This document shows positions 1-12,981 of a stretch of 48,265 nucleotides of DNA, one piece after another. Where the stretch lies: the NCBI GenBank assembly GCA_051453625.1, contig JBOZIK010000001.1, positions 39,170,526-39,218,790 of the forward strand, read 5' to 3'. The stretch is from Welwitschia mirabilis (Eukaryota). Within the stretch, counting starts at the first letter, position 1; every line of letters begins with the position of its first letter. Under the pieces are notes generated by a model. It made no database searches. It had not been told where the DNA came from and saw nothing but the letters and a program-made list of their open reading frames with translations. Position numbers and translations under genes: made by a program.

Positions 1-779
1 GTATTTGTAATTAATTATTTCAAAGTCATCTCTCACAATTATCCATAATTAATTTGAGACTAGTTTTAATTCTTAGTTAATTTTTCATTTTTTAGTACTT
101 AAACCCCTCCTTCCCTTGATCTTTTCTTTATTATAACTTTTTCACTCACTTTATTTTCCATTCTACCACTACCTATTCACCACATGGTCATTGTAGTTTA
201 CTTTCACTTCAATTAATTAAATACATTAGCTTGTTATTTACTATCATAGTTATAACCTTCCACTGCTATCCATGATTGTTTACATTTACTACCTCTTTGT
301 CATTCATTTCTACCTTTAACCATCATGAAGTTTATCTTCTGTATATTTTTGATGTAGAATCTTCATACTTATCTCACATAAAAAAGGGAGTAACTATAAG
401 AATAAATTTCTTATTTTATGTTATTTTTGTAATGGCTCTTAATCCCATTTATCATATCTTTGATCTTACACTCTTCTTAGAATTCCTTTTACTTCATATT
501 CCTCATCTATTAAAAATATTTGAATATGTGTATATATCCCTCCTTCACCCTTCACAAACGTCATTCCTACATATGTCTTTTTAATGTCTTACATTTCCTC
601 CCCTACATACATATATCTGTGCCCTCTCTTTTATGTTAGCAACCACTGATACACATCCACTGGCCTTTATTACATATAATTAATTATGAATGGATATTCT
701 ATATTTTTGTCTTAGAAATGGTAATTCCCAATGTGGGTTTGTTACCTTTCTTTCCTTTTGTTTTACTCATTAAAAAAAT

Positions 780-1440
780 ATGGGCAATCATGGCATTCAG
801 TTAATGGCTTGAGAGTAGAACACATCTTTATGCATCCATAGATGCTTGTAAAGGATTAAATCTAGACTCTTAGGTAGAAGTCATAAAATGATTGCATTAT
901 AGATCTTTCTTTCAATTTGAATATTTACATTATTAATTAAAAGGTTTGGAAACGTATTCATGAAAATGGACACAAGGCATAACAAGCTTTACTGATGTGC
1001 TATAGGTATTTTCTTCATTATGTTTCTAATGATGACTACTCCACCTCTTCCCTAGTCTTAAGACTATCATATTTACACAAATTAAACAAATTTTTATGGG
1101 ATTTATAATGCCTTAAATGTTATCTCAATTTTTCCATTTCTACTTATTAGTGTAGTTAAACTTGTTTTGTGTCTCCATGATAATGACTTTAGTATAAGTT
1201 TAAAAGAAGATATTTGGTGTTGAATTTTATTTTATGGTTTAATCATAGTTTTTACCTTTGATTCAGCTTATTACCATCTTAAGCTAGAAGATAACCACCT
1301 TGTTTGAAATCATTTACCTATGGTTATGACATTCATTTTGATTATAGTGCTTTTAATTATTGAAAGAATTGATGAATGCATAGGACTTACTACTGTGTTC
1401 CCTCTTTTGATGCGTAGTATTATTAGCATTTCATACTGAA
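780..1440 (+). pseudogene. Possible highly decayed Athila-type env-like/ORF2 remnant
   Basis: Frame-hopping translation gives fragments such as WFNHSFY, SFTYGYDIHF and TVFPLLMRSI. These loosely resemble motifs of plant retrotransposon extra ORFs. Many stops; weak evidence. Confidence 0.25.
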
Positions 1441-2289
1441 ATATTTTCAATAATATTTATTTAGTAGTTAAAATTAGATCACATGAAGATAAGTGATGGT
1501 ATTAAAGGAAGAAAAGATGTCATAAAGGCAAAGGGAGGATTAGAGTTAAGGGAAAATGACATCTTTAAATAGAATTTATAGCACAAGGAGAGTGGGATCA
1601 TTAAAATTAAAAATTATGGATGGTTTTTGTATTTTTCAGACATAAAAGTAAAAGATAAGAAGAAAAGAGGGGAGTGAAAGGAAGGTAGTCAAGACAGAGT
1701 GTCTTAAAAAAAAAGGAGCTAATGCACAATAGACACATTAGCACAATAGAGGTAATAGTATCATCATAGTGCAGGGCACTAGAAGCACTCAGTAAAGGCT
1801 GCACAAAGAGAAAAAGAAGGGGTTAAAAAAATCAGTGCATTAGGGAGAAGATGATTTTCAAAGAGGATGAGGAATGGCCATGTAGAATAAGATGATGATT
1901 AAAGCATTATATCATATGGGTCTAAGTAAAAAGATGATGTGAGTAGGGATACAACATAGACTTACTAGTGAGAACAAGTTAGTAAACAGTGCATTATAAG
2001 GTAGACACTTAGAAGAAGTAGGAAAAATTGACACTAATGGCTGATTCTAGAAAACATACAGAGCATCAGAGTACTTGGTGAAACTATTAAATAATGGCAT
2101 GGAAGAACGATAACATAAGAAATTATAAGATGAGACATGGTATTTAGAAGCTACAAGTTGCACAGGTAAAAAGGATGCATATGAAACTCGAATGTGCAAA
2201 AGAAAACTAAGCTGGTGAAAAACACACAAGAAGCAATGAAAAAAGGTAGAACCACATCGTAAGGTATAAAAGGTAATAAGGATGATTGC

Positions 2290-3469
2290 TGATGCACCAT
2301 CAAATTATATGTCTTTAAGTATGTGGTGTTATAAGCTATTTTTCAGGACATTTATATAGGTTTAGTTGTAATTCTAAAGATTATGGAGAGTTTGATGAAT
2401 GACCACAAGGAAATGCAATTCTTGGCATGTTTAGAGGCATCTTAGGCATATTATGATGTTTGGTGCTTTGAAAGAAGATCAGTAATGCTAGAGACTAACT
2501 TCTCTTGAGTTGAAAAGATAAGAAGGACTATTTTCCCCACTATTGTCGCCATGTTAGATAGGTTGACAACACTATACAAGATATATGAGATGCTGACATG
2601 GATAAGAGTTGAAACCAATGAAGTCCTCTTTTTTAAGGGTATCATCCCCATTATTGTCACCACAAAATAAAGGATGATAAATTATGACTCATTATGATCA
2701 TCCTAGTTATTATTCCCATGATAGTCAGGACACAACTGAAATAGTTGGGTGACTTTCATCCATTTCATCCATTTCTTTCTTTGAATTAAGGGCATTTTTA
2801 GTGCAATTTGAGCGATGGTTATGTTTTCTTTTCTATATAAATAAATTCCTCTTTCAATCCTATTATCATATTTAATGCACTAGAAATTCTTGTGATAGAA
2901 GATCAAAGGGTAAGAGATCCATTTTACATAGTTGCAGAAGGATGTTTCCTTGATGTTGGGCTATGCATCCTACATTGAGGTGTGACTATTTTGTAACCTA
3001 AATGCTTCTTTGATTTATAATACAAACTCGGTTTCTTTTATTCATCAATACTCTTTAATATCCATTATGATTTATGTCATTTTTGATTTAATGCTAGTCT
3101 CATTAATGATATAGGTCTTAAGGGTAACCTTCAATAAGTTTGACAATATTAGTATAGAAGAATTTTACATTACATTCTATTCAATTTACTTGATAGTCTA
3201 AGTTAGTCTCAGTTAGTAATAGTCTCCCTAGTTAATTTAGATTATGTAGAGCTAACAAGTTAATTTGGTAATTAGATAGGTGTTCATCTAGATTAAGTGC
3301 ATTTACATTGCATTGCATGTTTGATTTCCTGCATTGTTCTTAAGTTTAGGATACAATATTTTCTTTGAAAATTAATTCTTCCTTTTCTCTTGCATGCCTT
3401 TCATGGGTTTATGATATTTGTCTCACTTTCATTTATATTAGTGTGTTGTATTTACAACATATATAAATT
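2290..3469 (+). repeat. 5' LTR of element A (3' end and PBS lost in the gap)
   Basis: Colinear with 23290-24470 and starts with TG. A TATA-like CTATATAAATA lies near 2833-2843. Confidence 0.85.
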
Positions 3470-4185
3470 NNNNNNNNNNNNNNNNNNNNNNNNNNNNNNN
3501 NNNNNNNNNNNNNNNNNNNNNNNNNNNNNNNNNNNNNNNNNNNNNNNNNNNNNNNNNNNNNNNNNNNNNNNNNNNNNNNNNNNNNNNNNNNNNNNNNNNN
3601 NNNNNNNNNNNNNNNNNNNNNNNNNNNNNNNNNNNNNNNNNNNNNNNNNNNNNNNNNNNNNNNNNNNNNNNNNNNNNNNNNNNNNNNNNNNNNNNNNNNN
3701 NNNNNNNNNNNNNNNNNNNNNNNNNNNNNNNNNNNNNNNNNNNNNNNNNNNNNNNNNNNNNNNNNNNNNNNNNNNNNNNNNNNNNNNNNNNNNNNNNNNN
3801 NNNNNNNNNNNNNNNNNNNNNNNNNNNNNNNNNNNNNNNNNNNNNNNNNNNNNNNNNNNNNNNNNNNNNNNNNNNNNNNNNNNNNNNNNNNNNNNNNNNN
3901 NNNNNNNNNNNNNNNNNNNNNNNNNNNNNNNNNNNNNNNNNNNNNNNNNNNNNNNNNNNNNNNNNNNNNNNNNNNNNNNNNNNNNNNNNNNNNNNNNNNN
4001 NNNNNNNNNNNNNNNNNNNNNNNNNNNNNNNNNNNNNNNNNNNNNNNNNNNNNNNNNNNNNNNNNNNNNNNNNNNNNNNNNNNNNNNNNNNNNNNNNNNN
4101 NNNNNNNNNNNNNNNNNNNNNNNNNNNNNNNNNNNNNNNNNNNNNNNNNNNNNNNNNNNNNNNNNNNNNNNNNNNNNNNNNNNNN

Positions 4186-4696
4186 GAAAGTAATTTAGAA
4201 GAAGATAGTTTTAAGATGTCGAGTACTTCACAAAAGCAAAAATAAGTCATATGATTTTTAACCCCTTGTCCTAATGCAAATCTTACCCTTAAGGAATTAA
4301 TAGCCAATGGAAAGCATGAAATACAAACTCCTTTTGATTCACTCGTAGGAGATGATGTTGAATTGAAAAATTTAAATGCTTATCCCATTTTAGTGATAAA
4401 TATAATGATAATCCCCTCCAACACATTATGGACATTGAACGGTTAGTTCTTACCTTTGGAAACGGAAAGAATATAATTAGTGATTACACATATATGGTCA
4501 TTTTTCCAATTACATTAAAAGGAAATGCAAAACTTTGGTTAAAAACTATACTCCATAAGGATCTACAAGCTTGGAATCAAGTCCAGAAAGTTTTTATTAA
4601 GAGATGTATAAGTGAAGCAATCATTAGGAAGAGAAAAAAAGAAGTAACTAATTTTCAACAATAACCAAATGAGAACTATAATTTCACATACAAATG
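4186..4696 (+). pseudogene. gag: Element A gag, N-terminal part (copy 1)
   Basis: ORF 4428-4664 contains IFPITLKGNAKLWL...W..V...FI.R...EVTNFQQ, the retrotransposon gag signature (FPFSL...AK.WL). Frameshifted. Confidence 0.85.
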
Positions 4697-5039
4697 TATT
4701 GCAGCATGTATTTGAGCAAGTGCTTAAGTTCAAAAGGATTCTGTCATTTATGAAATAAAAAGATATCTTACATAATACAACACACTAGTATGAATAGAAG
4801 TAGATCCAAAATGTTATATTCACATTGAAGACTATGAGATGGGACTCAGATTACTTTGCAAAAGAATAATAGGAACAAAAAATAAAGAACAATGCAATAA
4901 AGGTACAATGCAAATGCAAAATGCAATCTAACTTAACATGCAATGCAAAATGGAACTAACACAACTTGCTTTTAGCCTTAATAAAGGCTGCCCTTGATAA
5001 TCTATATCATCTAAGAAATTGTCATCAAATCAAGGGCAA
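4697..5039 (-). repeat. Duplicate of the terminal part of element B's 3' LTR
   Basis: Colinear with 5543-5861 and 13962-14300. Confidence 0.85.
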
Positions 5040-5139
5040 NNNNNNNNNNNNNNNNNNNNNNNNNNNNNNNNNNNNNNNNNNNNNNNNNNNNNNNNNNNNN
5101 NNNNNNNNNNNNNNNNNNNNNNNNNNNNNNNNNNNNNNN

Positions 5140-5542
5140 GAACTAATAGCCAATAGAAAGCATGAAATACAAACTCCTTTTGCTTTACTCATAGGAGATG
5201 ATGTTGAATTGAAAAATTTAAATGCTTATCCCATTTTAGTGGTAAAAATGATGAGAATCACCTCCAACACCTTATGGACATTGAACGGTTAGTTCTTACC
5301 TTTGGAAATGAAAAGAAGACAATTAGTGATTACACATATATGGCCATTTTTCCAATTACATTAAAAGGAAATGCAAAACTTTGGTTAAAAACTATACTCC
5401 ATAAGGATCTACAAGCTTGGAATCAAGTCCATAAAGTTCTTATTAAGAGATGTATAAGTGAAGCAATCATTAGGAAGAGAAAAAAAGAAGTAACTAATTT
5501 TTAACAATAACCAAATGAGAACTATAATTTCACATACAAATG
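5140..5542 (+). pseudogene. gag: Element A gag, N-terminal part (copy 2), interrupted by element B
   Basis: ORF 5274-5504 is near-identical to 4428-4664. It ends PNENYNFTYK(C) at the insertion point. Confidence 0.85.
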
Positions 5543-6608
5543 TATTACAGCATGTATTTATGCAAGTGCTTAAGTTCAAAAGGATTCTATCATTTATGAA
5601 ATAAATAGATATCTTACACAATACAACACACTAGTATGAATAGAAGTAGATCCAAAATGTTGTATTCACATTGAAGACTATGAGATGGGACTCGGATTAC
5701 TTTGCAAAAGAATAATAGGAACAAAAAATAAAGAACAATGCAATGAAGGTACAATGCAAATGCAAGATGCAATATAACTTAAGATGTAATGAAAAATGGA
5801 ACTAACACTACTTGATTTTAGCCTTAATAAAGGCTGCCCTTGATAGTCTATATCACCTAAGNNNNNNNNNNNNNNNNNNNNNNNNNNNNNNNNNNNNNNN
5901 NNNNNNNNNNNNNNNNNNNNNNNNNNNNNNNNNNNNNNNNNNNNNNNNNNNNTGAGTAACAAGCATCTTGGTTACAAAACAACTGGGTCTTAATGAAGGA
6001 TACATATCCCTCCACTAAGTGCACGTCTTTTTGCAATACTCAAGATGGATCTCCCGCCATTTGTTCTTCTATCACAAGAATTTCTGGTATAATGAAGATG
6101 AGAAGGAGAGTGGAAGGGGATTTTATTTATAACAACTCACAACAGAAAAAGATAAATAGAAGGCATGACTAGGCATGCTCTTTTACATAAATGAAATGGT
6201 TAAAGATCGCTATCAAAGTCAGTTACATATCATTGTCATCCAAACTTTCATCCAAGCGATAAGAGGAATGACATCTTATTACAAAAGATGATTTAGAGTG
6301 ATAGCTCAGTAGTCTATGTTAGCATGCAAATGTGTTATCATCCTACCTATTGTGGGGATGAAAGAGGAGACGATGATCTTCTTTAATCATTTTCTTAAGG
6401 AAAAACTTAATATTTTTATCAGTGATCTTGATCCAAAGCTTTATGCATTAGAATGTGTCTTTAATATATTAAATTGATAAGAATCACATATTTCCAAGAT
6501 TTTCTATTAAATCTCCAAAATCCTCAAAATTGCACCTAAACCTGTGTAAAAGTCCTACCAAAAAACTAATAAAACCCCATCAAATAACAAAAAATTGGCA
6601 ATGCAACA
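5543..6608 (-). repeat. 3' LTR of element B
   Basis: Begins TGTTGCATTG on the minus strand directly after the PPT. Colinear with 13962-15045 and includes an N gap. Confidence 0.88.
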
Positions 6609-6622
6609 TAGCCCTCCCACTT
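6609..6622 (-). promoter_or_regulatory. Polypurine tract of element B
   Basis: The minus strand reads AAGTGGGAGGGCTA|TG. Same context as the PPTs at 23277, 29868 and 47988. Confidence 0.8.
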
Positions 6623-8129
6623 AGCCTTTGTCAGTGCCTGATAAAAACTAGGCAAAAAACCATAATTGTGAGCTAATTTTTTTCAAAAAATAAATCTAGA
6701 AATTATAAAATGGACTTATAAAACACACCACATAGATAAATAATAGGTAATACATAATATGTATGAAAACTTTANNNNNNNNNNNNNNNNNNNNNNNNNN
6801 NNNNNNNNNNNNNNNNNNNNNNNNNNNNNNNNNNNNNNNNNNNNNNNNNNNNNNNNNNNNNNNNNNNNNNNNNNAGGCAAAAAACCATAATTGTGAGCTA
6901 TTTTTTTTCAAAAGATAAATCTAGAAATTATAAAATAGACCTATAAAACACATCACATAGATAAATAATAGGTAATGCATAATATGTATGAAAACTTTAA
7001 AAATTTTACTCATAAAAGATCTGAATTAAGTTAAAATTTTTGAAAATGAGCCATGAAAATGGGTTTCTACTCCCCTCTCCTTAAAGAAAAAGTAATACAT
7101 GCTGTATTAGAAAATAAAACCAAGAAAGTAGATGTTATTAAGAAGATAGGTAAAAGAGAAAAACTTTCTAAAATGAAGTATAAAGCTGAGTAATGTCAAA
7201 TTTGAAAAATATAGATCTATGAAGTATTCTGATGAGTAAAGAAAAGGAGTGAATAATAAAAAATGTTTCATCATAAAAATGATTAAAAGTAGAACTTACA
7301 ATACCAAAAAAAAAATTTATTTTAAAAAAACTCAAATAAGCCAAAAATATATTGTTATTAAAGACCAAATAAGAAAAACATTTAAGAAAATTTAGTAATG
7401 ACTTTGAAATAACTAACCAGACTATAAAAGAAAATAAAAAGAATGGGTATAAGGTAATAAAAGCAAAAGATAGCTCACCTATTTGATATTTTAACCTAGC
7501 AGACTTCCATGAAATAAATCATAACATCACTTAACATGAAAATACATGACTTGATGTATGAAAAATTCCATTTGATAAGGTAGTGGTTATGACAATGCTA
7601 AAGATAAAATTATTAGACCAAAGAATTGCTTAAAAAAATGAACTCATTTGCTGTCATCTCAAAACAAACACCAAAATCTCAAGAAATGAAATAAGCATCT
7701 GGAATAGATGAAGAGTTTAAGAAAGAAGCAATGCCTTTAATAACACTAGGAACACCGCTAATCCCATAGCCTCAANNNNNNNNNNNNNNNNNNNNNNNNN
7801 NNNNNNNNNNNNNNNNNNNNNNNNNNNNNNNNNNNNNNNNNNNNNNNNNNNNNNNNNNNNNNNNNNNNNNNNNNNNNNNNNNNNNNNNNNNNNNNNNNNN
7901 NNNNNNNNNNNNNNNNNNNNNNNNNNNNNNNNNNNNNNNNNNNNNNNNNNNNNNNNNNNNNNNNNNNNNNNNNNNNNNNNNNNNNNNNNNNNNNNNNNNN
8001 NNNNNNNNNNNNNNNNNNNNNNNNNNNNNNNNNNNNNNNNNNNNNNNNNNNNNNNNNNNNNNNNNNNNNNNNNNNNNNNNNNNNNNNNNTAAGATAAAGA
8101 TAGAAAAAAACACTCTTAAAAAATCTAAG

Positions 8130-8960
8130 ATCTTTTCATAAGTTGATCATCACGAAGTACATGCTTACTTGATTTTCTCTCTCTTTCTTCAAGAGGGTAA
8201 TGTTGTAAAAATAAAGTGGGTTTGATGTTATGCTCTAAGTTTATTAAATGTAAGAGTTTTATTTTGATCACAAAGAAAATTATATCCAAGTCCATTAAAA
8301 ACATTTTTATTATTCAAATTCAAATTANNNNNNNNNNNNNNNNNNNNNNNNNNNNNNNNNNNNNNNNNNNNNNNNNNNNNNNNNNNNNNNNNNNNNNNNN
8401 NNNNNNNNNNNNNNNNNNNNNNNNNNNCATTAAAAACATTTTTCTTATTTAAATTCAAATTATTATTTCTACTTTTTGGCTTATTTAATGGACAATCTCT
8501 CTCATAATATTTCTTGAAAAGTTGGATTTCCTTATGTTCTAAAAGGTTTATTTCTTCTTCACTTTTAAGTTGGTTATCATGAAGCACATGCTTACTTGAT
8601 TTTATCTCTCTTTCTTCAAGAGGGTGATGTTGTAAAAATAAAGTGGGTTTGATATTATGCTCTAAGTTTATTAAATGTAAGAGTTTTATTTTGATTATCA
8701 CAAAGAAAATTATATTCAAGTCCATTAAAAACATTTTTCTTATCCAAATTTAAATTATTATTTTTATTTTTTGGCTTATATAATGGACAATATCTCTCAT
8801 AATTTTTCTTGAAAAGTTGAACTTCCTTACATTCTAAAAGGTTTATTTCTACTTCACTCTTAAGTTAGTTATCACAAAGAACATGCTTACTTGATTCTAT
8901 CTCTCTTTTTTTAAGAGAGTGATGTTGTAATAATAAAGTTGATTTGATGTTATGTTCTAA
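8130..8960. repeat. ~295-bp tandem repeat of the protease-RT linker of element B
   Basis: CATTAAAAACATTTTT recurs at ~8293, 8428 and 8723. About 1.8 units are contiguous at 8428-8960, with a further partial unit across a gap. Confidence 0.85.
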
Positions 8961-9430
8961 GTATATTTCATCACCTAAATCTTTCTAAGCTGCATTAAAG
9001 ACTCTAATTGTAAACGTTCTATTTCCAAAATGATATTTCATTATTCCTACTCTTGTATCAATGATGTCATGGGCTGTTACACCAAAGGATCTTCCTAGAA
9101 GTAAAGGGTATTCTTAATTATGATCGAATTCTATGATAATCACATTTATAGAGTAATAAGCCTCTTCAATTTAAATTGTTAAATCTTTAATAATGCCTAA
9201 CAATTTCTTAACTGAAGTATCTGCTAATTCTAAAACAACTAAAATAGGCTCTATTCTATCCTCCAAGTCAAGTCTCTTACAAATATGAAGTGGCATAATG
9301 TTAACACTCGCTTCAATATCTATTAAGACTTTTCTAATCTTTTTTTTGCCCTCTAAAATAACATTCACCATATCCACTCCTAGATTTTTAAATTTGGGTA
9401 GTTTTTGCAATACTAAGTTCATAAGGGATT
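8960..9430 (-). pseudogene. Element B aspartic protease remnant
   Basis: ORF 9171-9422 contains KVLIDIEASVNIMPLHICKRL...LELADTSVKKLLGIIKDL (degenerate D-x-G-A-S), followed by YPLLLGRSF. Confidence 0.9.
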
Positions 9431-11830
9431 GGGCTAGAAAGACTTTGCTAGATATGGCTCAATTTTATTTTCTTCTTATTAAGTCTTTCCATAATTTTGA
9501 GTACGTCATATTTTATTGCAAAATTTTCCAAAAGGATAAGTTTATGCTCACATTTTTTATCAAGGGTTTTAGATGTTTATTAAACATTGAATTTTTGTTA
9601 AGTCTATCAAGCCAAGGAGTTGTTTGTTAAAAAGGATCTTTCTTTTTCTTCTTTCCAAGAAAAGGGAAGTTGTAATTTACTAATATATTAATGTCTTCTT
9701 CTTCTTCTTCCTCATCATTTATAAAATCATTTTGGGAGGTGGAAGGTTCATTTTGAGGAGGATTTATCTCTTATCTGCTTCTTGTCATAATCTTATAATC
9801 TTTTCTTAGTTTATTTGGATTTGGTAAAGGTTGTTTTGCTAGAGTTACTTGAGATCTTTAGTTTGCTAGTATTATTTATTGAAAGATGTTTAGCATATTT
9901 TTCATGTTGGCATTTGTTATCCTAAGTTCCTCTGTAAGATTTATGAGTTGATCATTTGGATGTTAGTAGTTGGATAAACTTGATGGATAGTTTGTATTCT
10001 CGAATCAGTTTCTAAAAGATTAAGAATTATTTTAAAAATGACTATTTAACCTCGGTTGTATCTGATTTTAATTTTAGAAGTTCTAAGATGGCTGGTTGAA
10101 AGCACAAACTTCTTTGTATATTCTCTCTTTGTATGTTGGTAAAAGAGGACAGTTTTTAGTAACATCATAATNNNNNNNNNNNNNNNNNNNNNNNNNNNNN
10201 NNNNNNNNNNNNNNNNNNNNNNNNNNNNNNNNNNNNNNNNNNNNNNNNNNNNNNNNNNNNNNNNNNNNNNNNNNNNNNNNNNNNNNNNNNNNNNNNNNNN
10301 NNNNNNNNNNNNNNNNNNNNNTAATTTTCTAATATATTAATGTCTTCTTCCTCTTCTTCTTTATCATTTATAAAATCATTTTGGGAGGTGGAAGGTTTAT
10401 TTGGAGGAGGGTTTATTTCTTATCTACTTCTTACCACAATCTTATAATCTTTTCTTAATTCATTTAGATTTGGTAAAGGTTGTTTTACTAGAATCACCTG
10501 AGATCTTTGGTTTGCTAGTATTATTTGTTGAAAGATGTCATTTGTTCTTCCAAGTTCCTCCGTAATATTTATNNNNNNNNNNNNNNNNNNNNNNNNNNNN
10601 NNNNNNNNNNNNNNNNNNNNNNNNNNNNNNNNNNNNNNNNNNNNNNNNNNNNNNNNNNNNNNNNNNNNNNNNNNNNNNNNNNNNNNNNNNNNNNNNNNNN
10701 NNNNNNNNNNNNNNNNNNNNNNNNNNNNNNNNNNNNNNNNNNNNNNNNNNNNNNNNNNNNNNNNNNNNNNNNNNNNNNNNNNNNNNNNNNNNNNNNNNNN
10801 NNNNNNNNNNNNNNNNNNNNNNNNNNNNNNNNNNNNNNNNNNNNNNNNNNNNNNNNNNNNNNNNNNNNNNNNNNNNNNNNNNNNNNNNNNNNNNNNNNNN
10901 NNNNNNNNNNNNNNNNNNNNNNNNNNNNNNNNNNNNNNNNNNNNNNNNNNNNNNNNNNNNNNNNNNNNNNNNNNNNNNNNNNNNNNNNNNNNNNNNNNNN
11001 NNNNNNNNNNNNNNNNNNNNNNNNNNNNNNNNNNNNNNNNNNNNNNNNNNNNNNGGTTCATGAGGTTTCCTCTACAAGGAAAATCTATAAGTTGTTTTGT
11101 ATGTGGAGTTAGCTCACTATAAAAGTAGTCTATTAGTTCTGTTAATGAAAAAGCATCTACTAGATTAGAATGATAGGCTACAAATAAATGCTCATATGTA
11201 GAGGCATAGTCTTCATTTGGTTTTCCTTTTTTTCTTTTTTTTAAATAATTTCTTTACTCATAAATCTCTTTACAAAGGTTTCTTAGACTTGATCCAATGT
11301 TTTTAAGCTTTTGTGGGGTATTGTTTTTAGCCAACATTTTGCTTTATCCTTTAATTTCATGGGAAAGATTACCATATATGTTCTATTAGTTTTTTTTTTC
11401 TTTCCATTTCTTGAGGTAAGAATTAATTGTTTTATGTTTGCTATGTATTAANNNNNNNNNNNNNNNNNNNNNNNNNNNNNNNNNNNNNNNNNNNNNNNNN
11501 NNNNNNNNNNNNNNNNNNNNNNNNNNNNNNNNNNNNNNNNNNNNNNNNNNNGGGTAAGATTACAATATTTGTTATATCAGTTATTTTTTTTTTTTCGATT
11601 TCTTGAGGTAAGGATTAATTGTTTTATGTTTGCTATGTGTTGAAGGGAGTTCTCATCATCTTCTCCATTAAAAATTAGGTATGCATTTAAATTTTTAAGC
11701 TCAACGTCATCTCCTAAGGGTAGGTTAAAAGGGGTTGGAGTCTCTCATGTCTTGTTAGCCAATAATTCCCTTAGGATAAGAGTTGCATTAGGATTAGAGG
11801 ATTTTAAGAGGCACTTGATATTGTAAATTG
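9431..11830 (-). pseudogene. gag: Element B gag remnant (gapped, with duplicated segments)
   Basis: The minus strand reads IFPMKLKDKAK(CW) and KPNEDYASTYEHLFVAYHSNLVDAFSLTELIDYFYSELTPHTKQLIDFPCRGNLMN. CPLLPTYKE lies near 10130-10152. Homologous to A's gag. Confidence 0.85.
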
Positions 11831-12981
11831 ATTATCCCCCTCTGTAGGGTTTTCATTAAGAAAATTTAATTAAAAAAAAACAAAATTTGGAAGAAGGATT
11901 AAGTGCACCTGGAGATTTATTTTCCGATTCATTTTCTATGTCCATCAGTTCCTCGTTAATGTTCTTCTCTATTAGCAACCTTTCTTTCTAATATCTTTTC
12001 TCTATGTTGACAATGTCATAGCATCCTACAATCAGCAAATAATAGAAAACAAGATAAAGAACAACATATCATCATCCTGTCTATCATGGGGACGACAGAA
12101 GGGATGACACACACAGAAACTAGAAAATCAAAAATATAACAGAAATCAAAATAGAAAGTAGAAAAACTTAGAAAATAGGACTATTTTCCACCTAGTCATT
12201 TGGATAGCACAGGAGACAACAGAGACTAATTTATTATAGAAAAATTTAAAATCTAAAAGTACAACTAAAAATAAAATAGAAAACTAAAATTACACACTGT
12301 CGTCCTATCTGTTGTGGGGATGATAGAAAGGATAACCACTATTTTTCTATAAAAAATTAAAACTTAAAACGAGAAAAATAAAAATTGAGTAATAAAAAAT
12401 AGAAAAATGAAAAAAAAATAAAAACTGAGAAACCAAGAAAATAAAAACCGAGGACTGAAAAACCAAAAAATAAAAACCACAAATAGAAAACCTNNNNNNN
12501 NNNNNNNNNNNNNNNNNNNNNNNNNNNNNNNNNNNNNNNNNNNNNNNNNNNNNNNNNNNNNNNNNNNNNNNNNNNNNNNNNNNNNNNNNNNNNNNNNNNN
12601 NNNNNNNNNNNNNNNNNNNNNNNNNNNNNNNNNNNNNNNNNNNNNNNNNNNNNNNNNNNNNNNNNNNNNNNNNNNNNNNNNNNNNNNNNNNNNNNNNNNN
12701 NNNNNNNNNNNNNNNNNNNNNNNNNNNNNNNNNNNNNNNNNNNNNNNNNNNNNNNNNNNNNNNNNNNNNNNNNNNNNNNNNNNNNNNNNNNNNNNNNNNN
12801 NNNNNNNNNNNNNNNNNNNNNNNNNNNNNNNNNNNNNNNNNNNNNNNNNNNNNNNNNNNNNNNNNNNNNNNNNNNNNNNNNNNNNNNNNNNNNNNNNNNN
12901 NNNNNNNNNNNNNNNNNNNNNNNNNNNNNNNNNNNNNNNNNNNNNNNNNNNNNNNNNNNNNNNNNNNNNNNNNNNNNNNNN

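Noticed and set aside
120..165. Inverted similarity TTTTCACTCACTTT...CCATT to 32735-32765
   Set aside because: It is too short and AT-rich to establish homology without a statistical alignment.
276..584. 102-aa hydrophobic ORF
   Set aside because: It has a non-ATG start, T-rich low complexity and no recognisable motif. It is a likely chance ORF.
2451..2663. Recurrent minus-strand peptide MG..PL.K.TSL...LIHVSI (also 23456-23650, 24977-25285)
   Set aside because: It recurs only because the LTR is repeated. Starts and stops differ between copies, and there is no evidence of coding constraint.
3390..4307. Long ORFs in the track spanning N runs (also 7772-8113, 10420-11122, 30258-31173, 45690-46266)
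   Set aside because: They are artefacts of translating assembly gaps (X residues).
9298..9630. Antisense ORFs over gag/pol (also 18527-18799, 43527-43721, 44038-44244)
   Set aside because: They are shadow ORFs opposite decayed retrotransposon coding regions.
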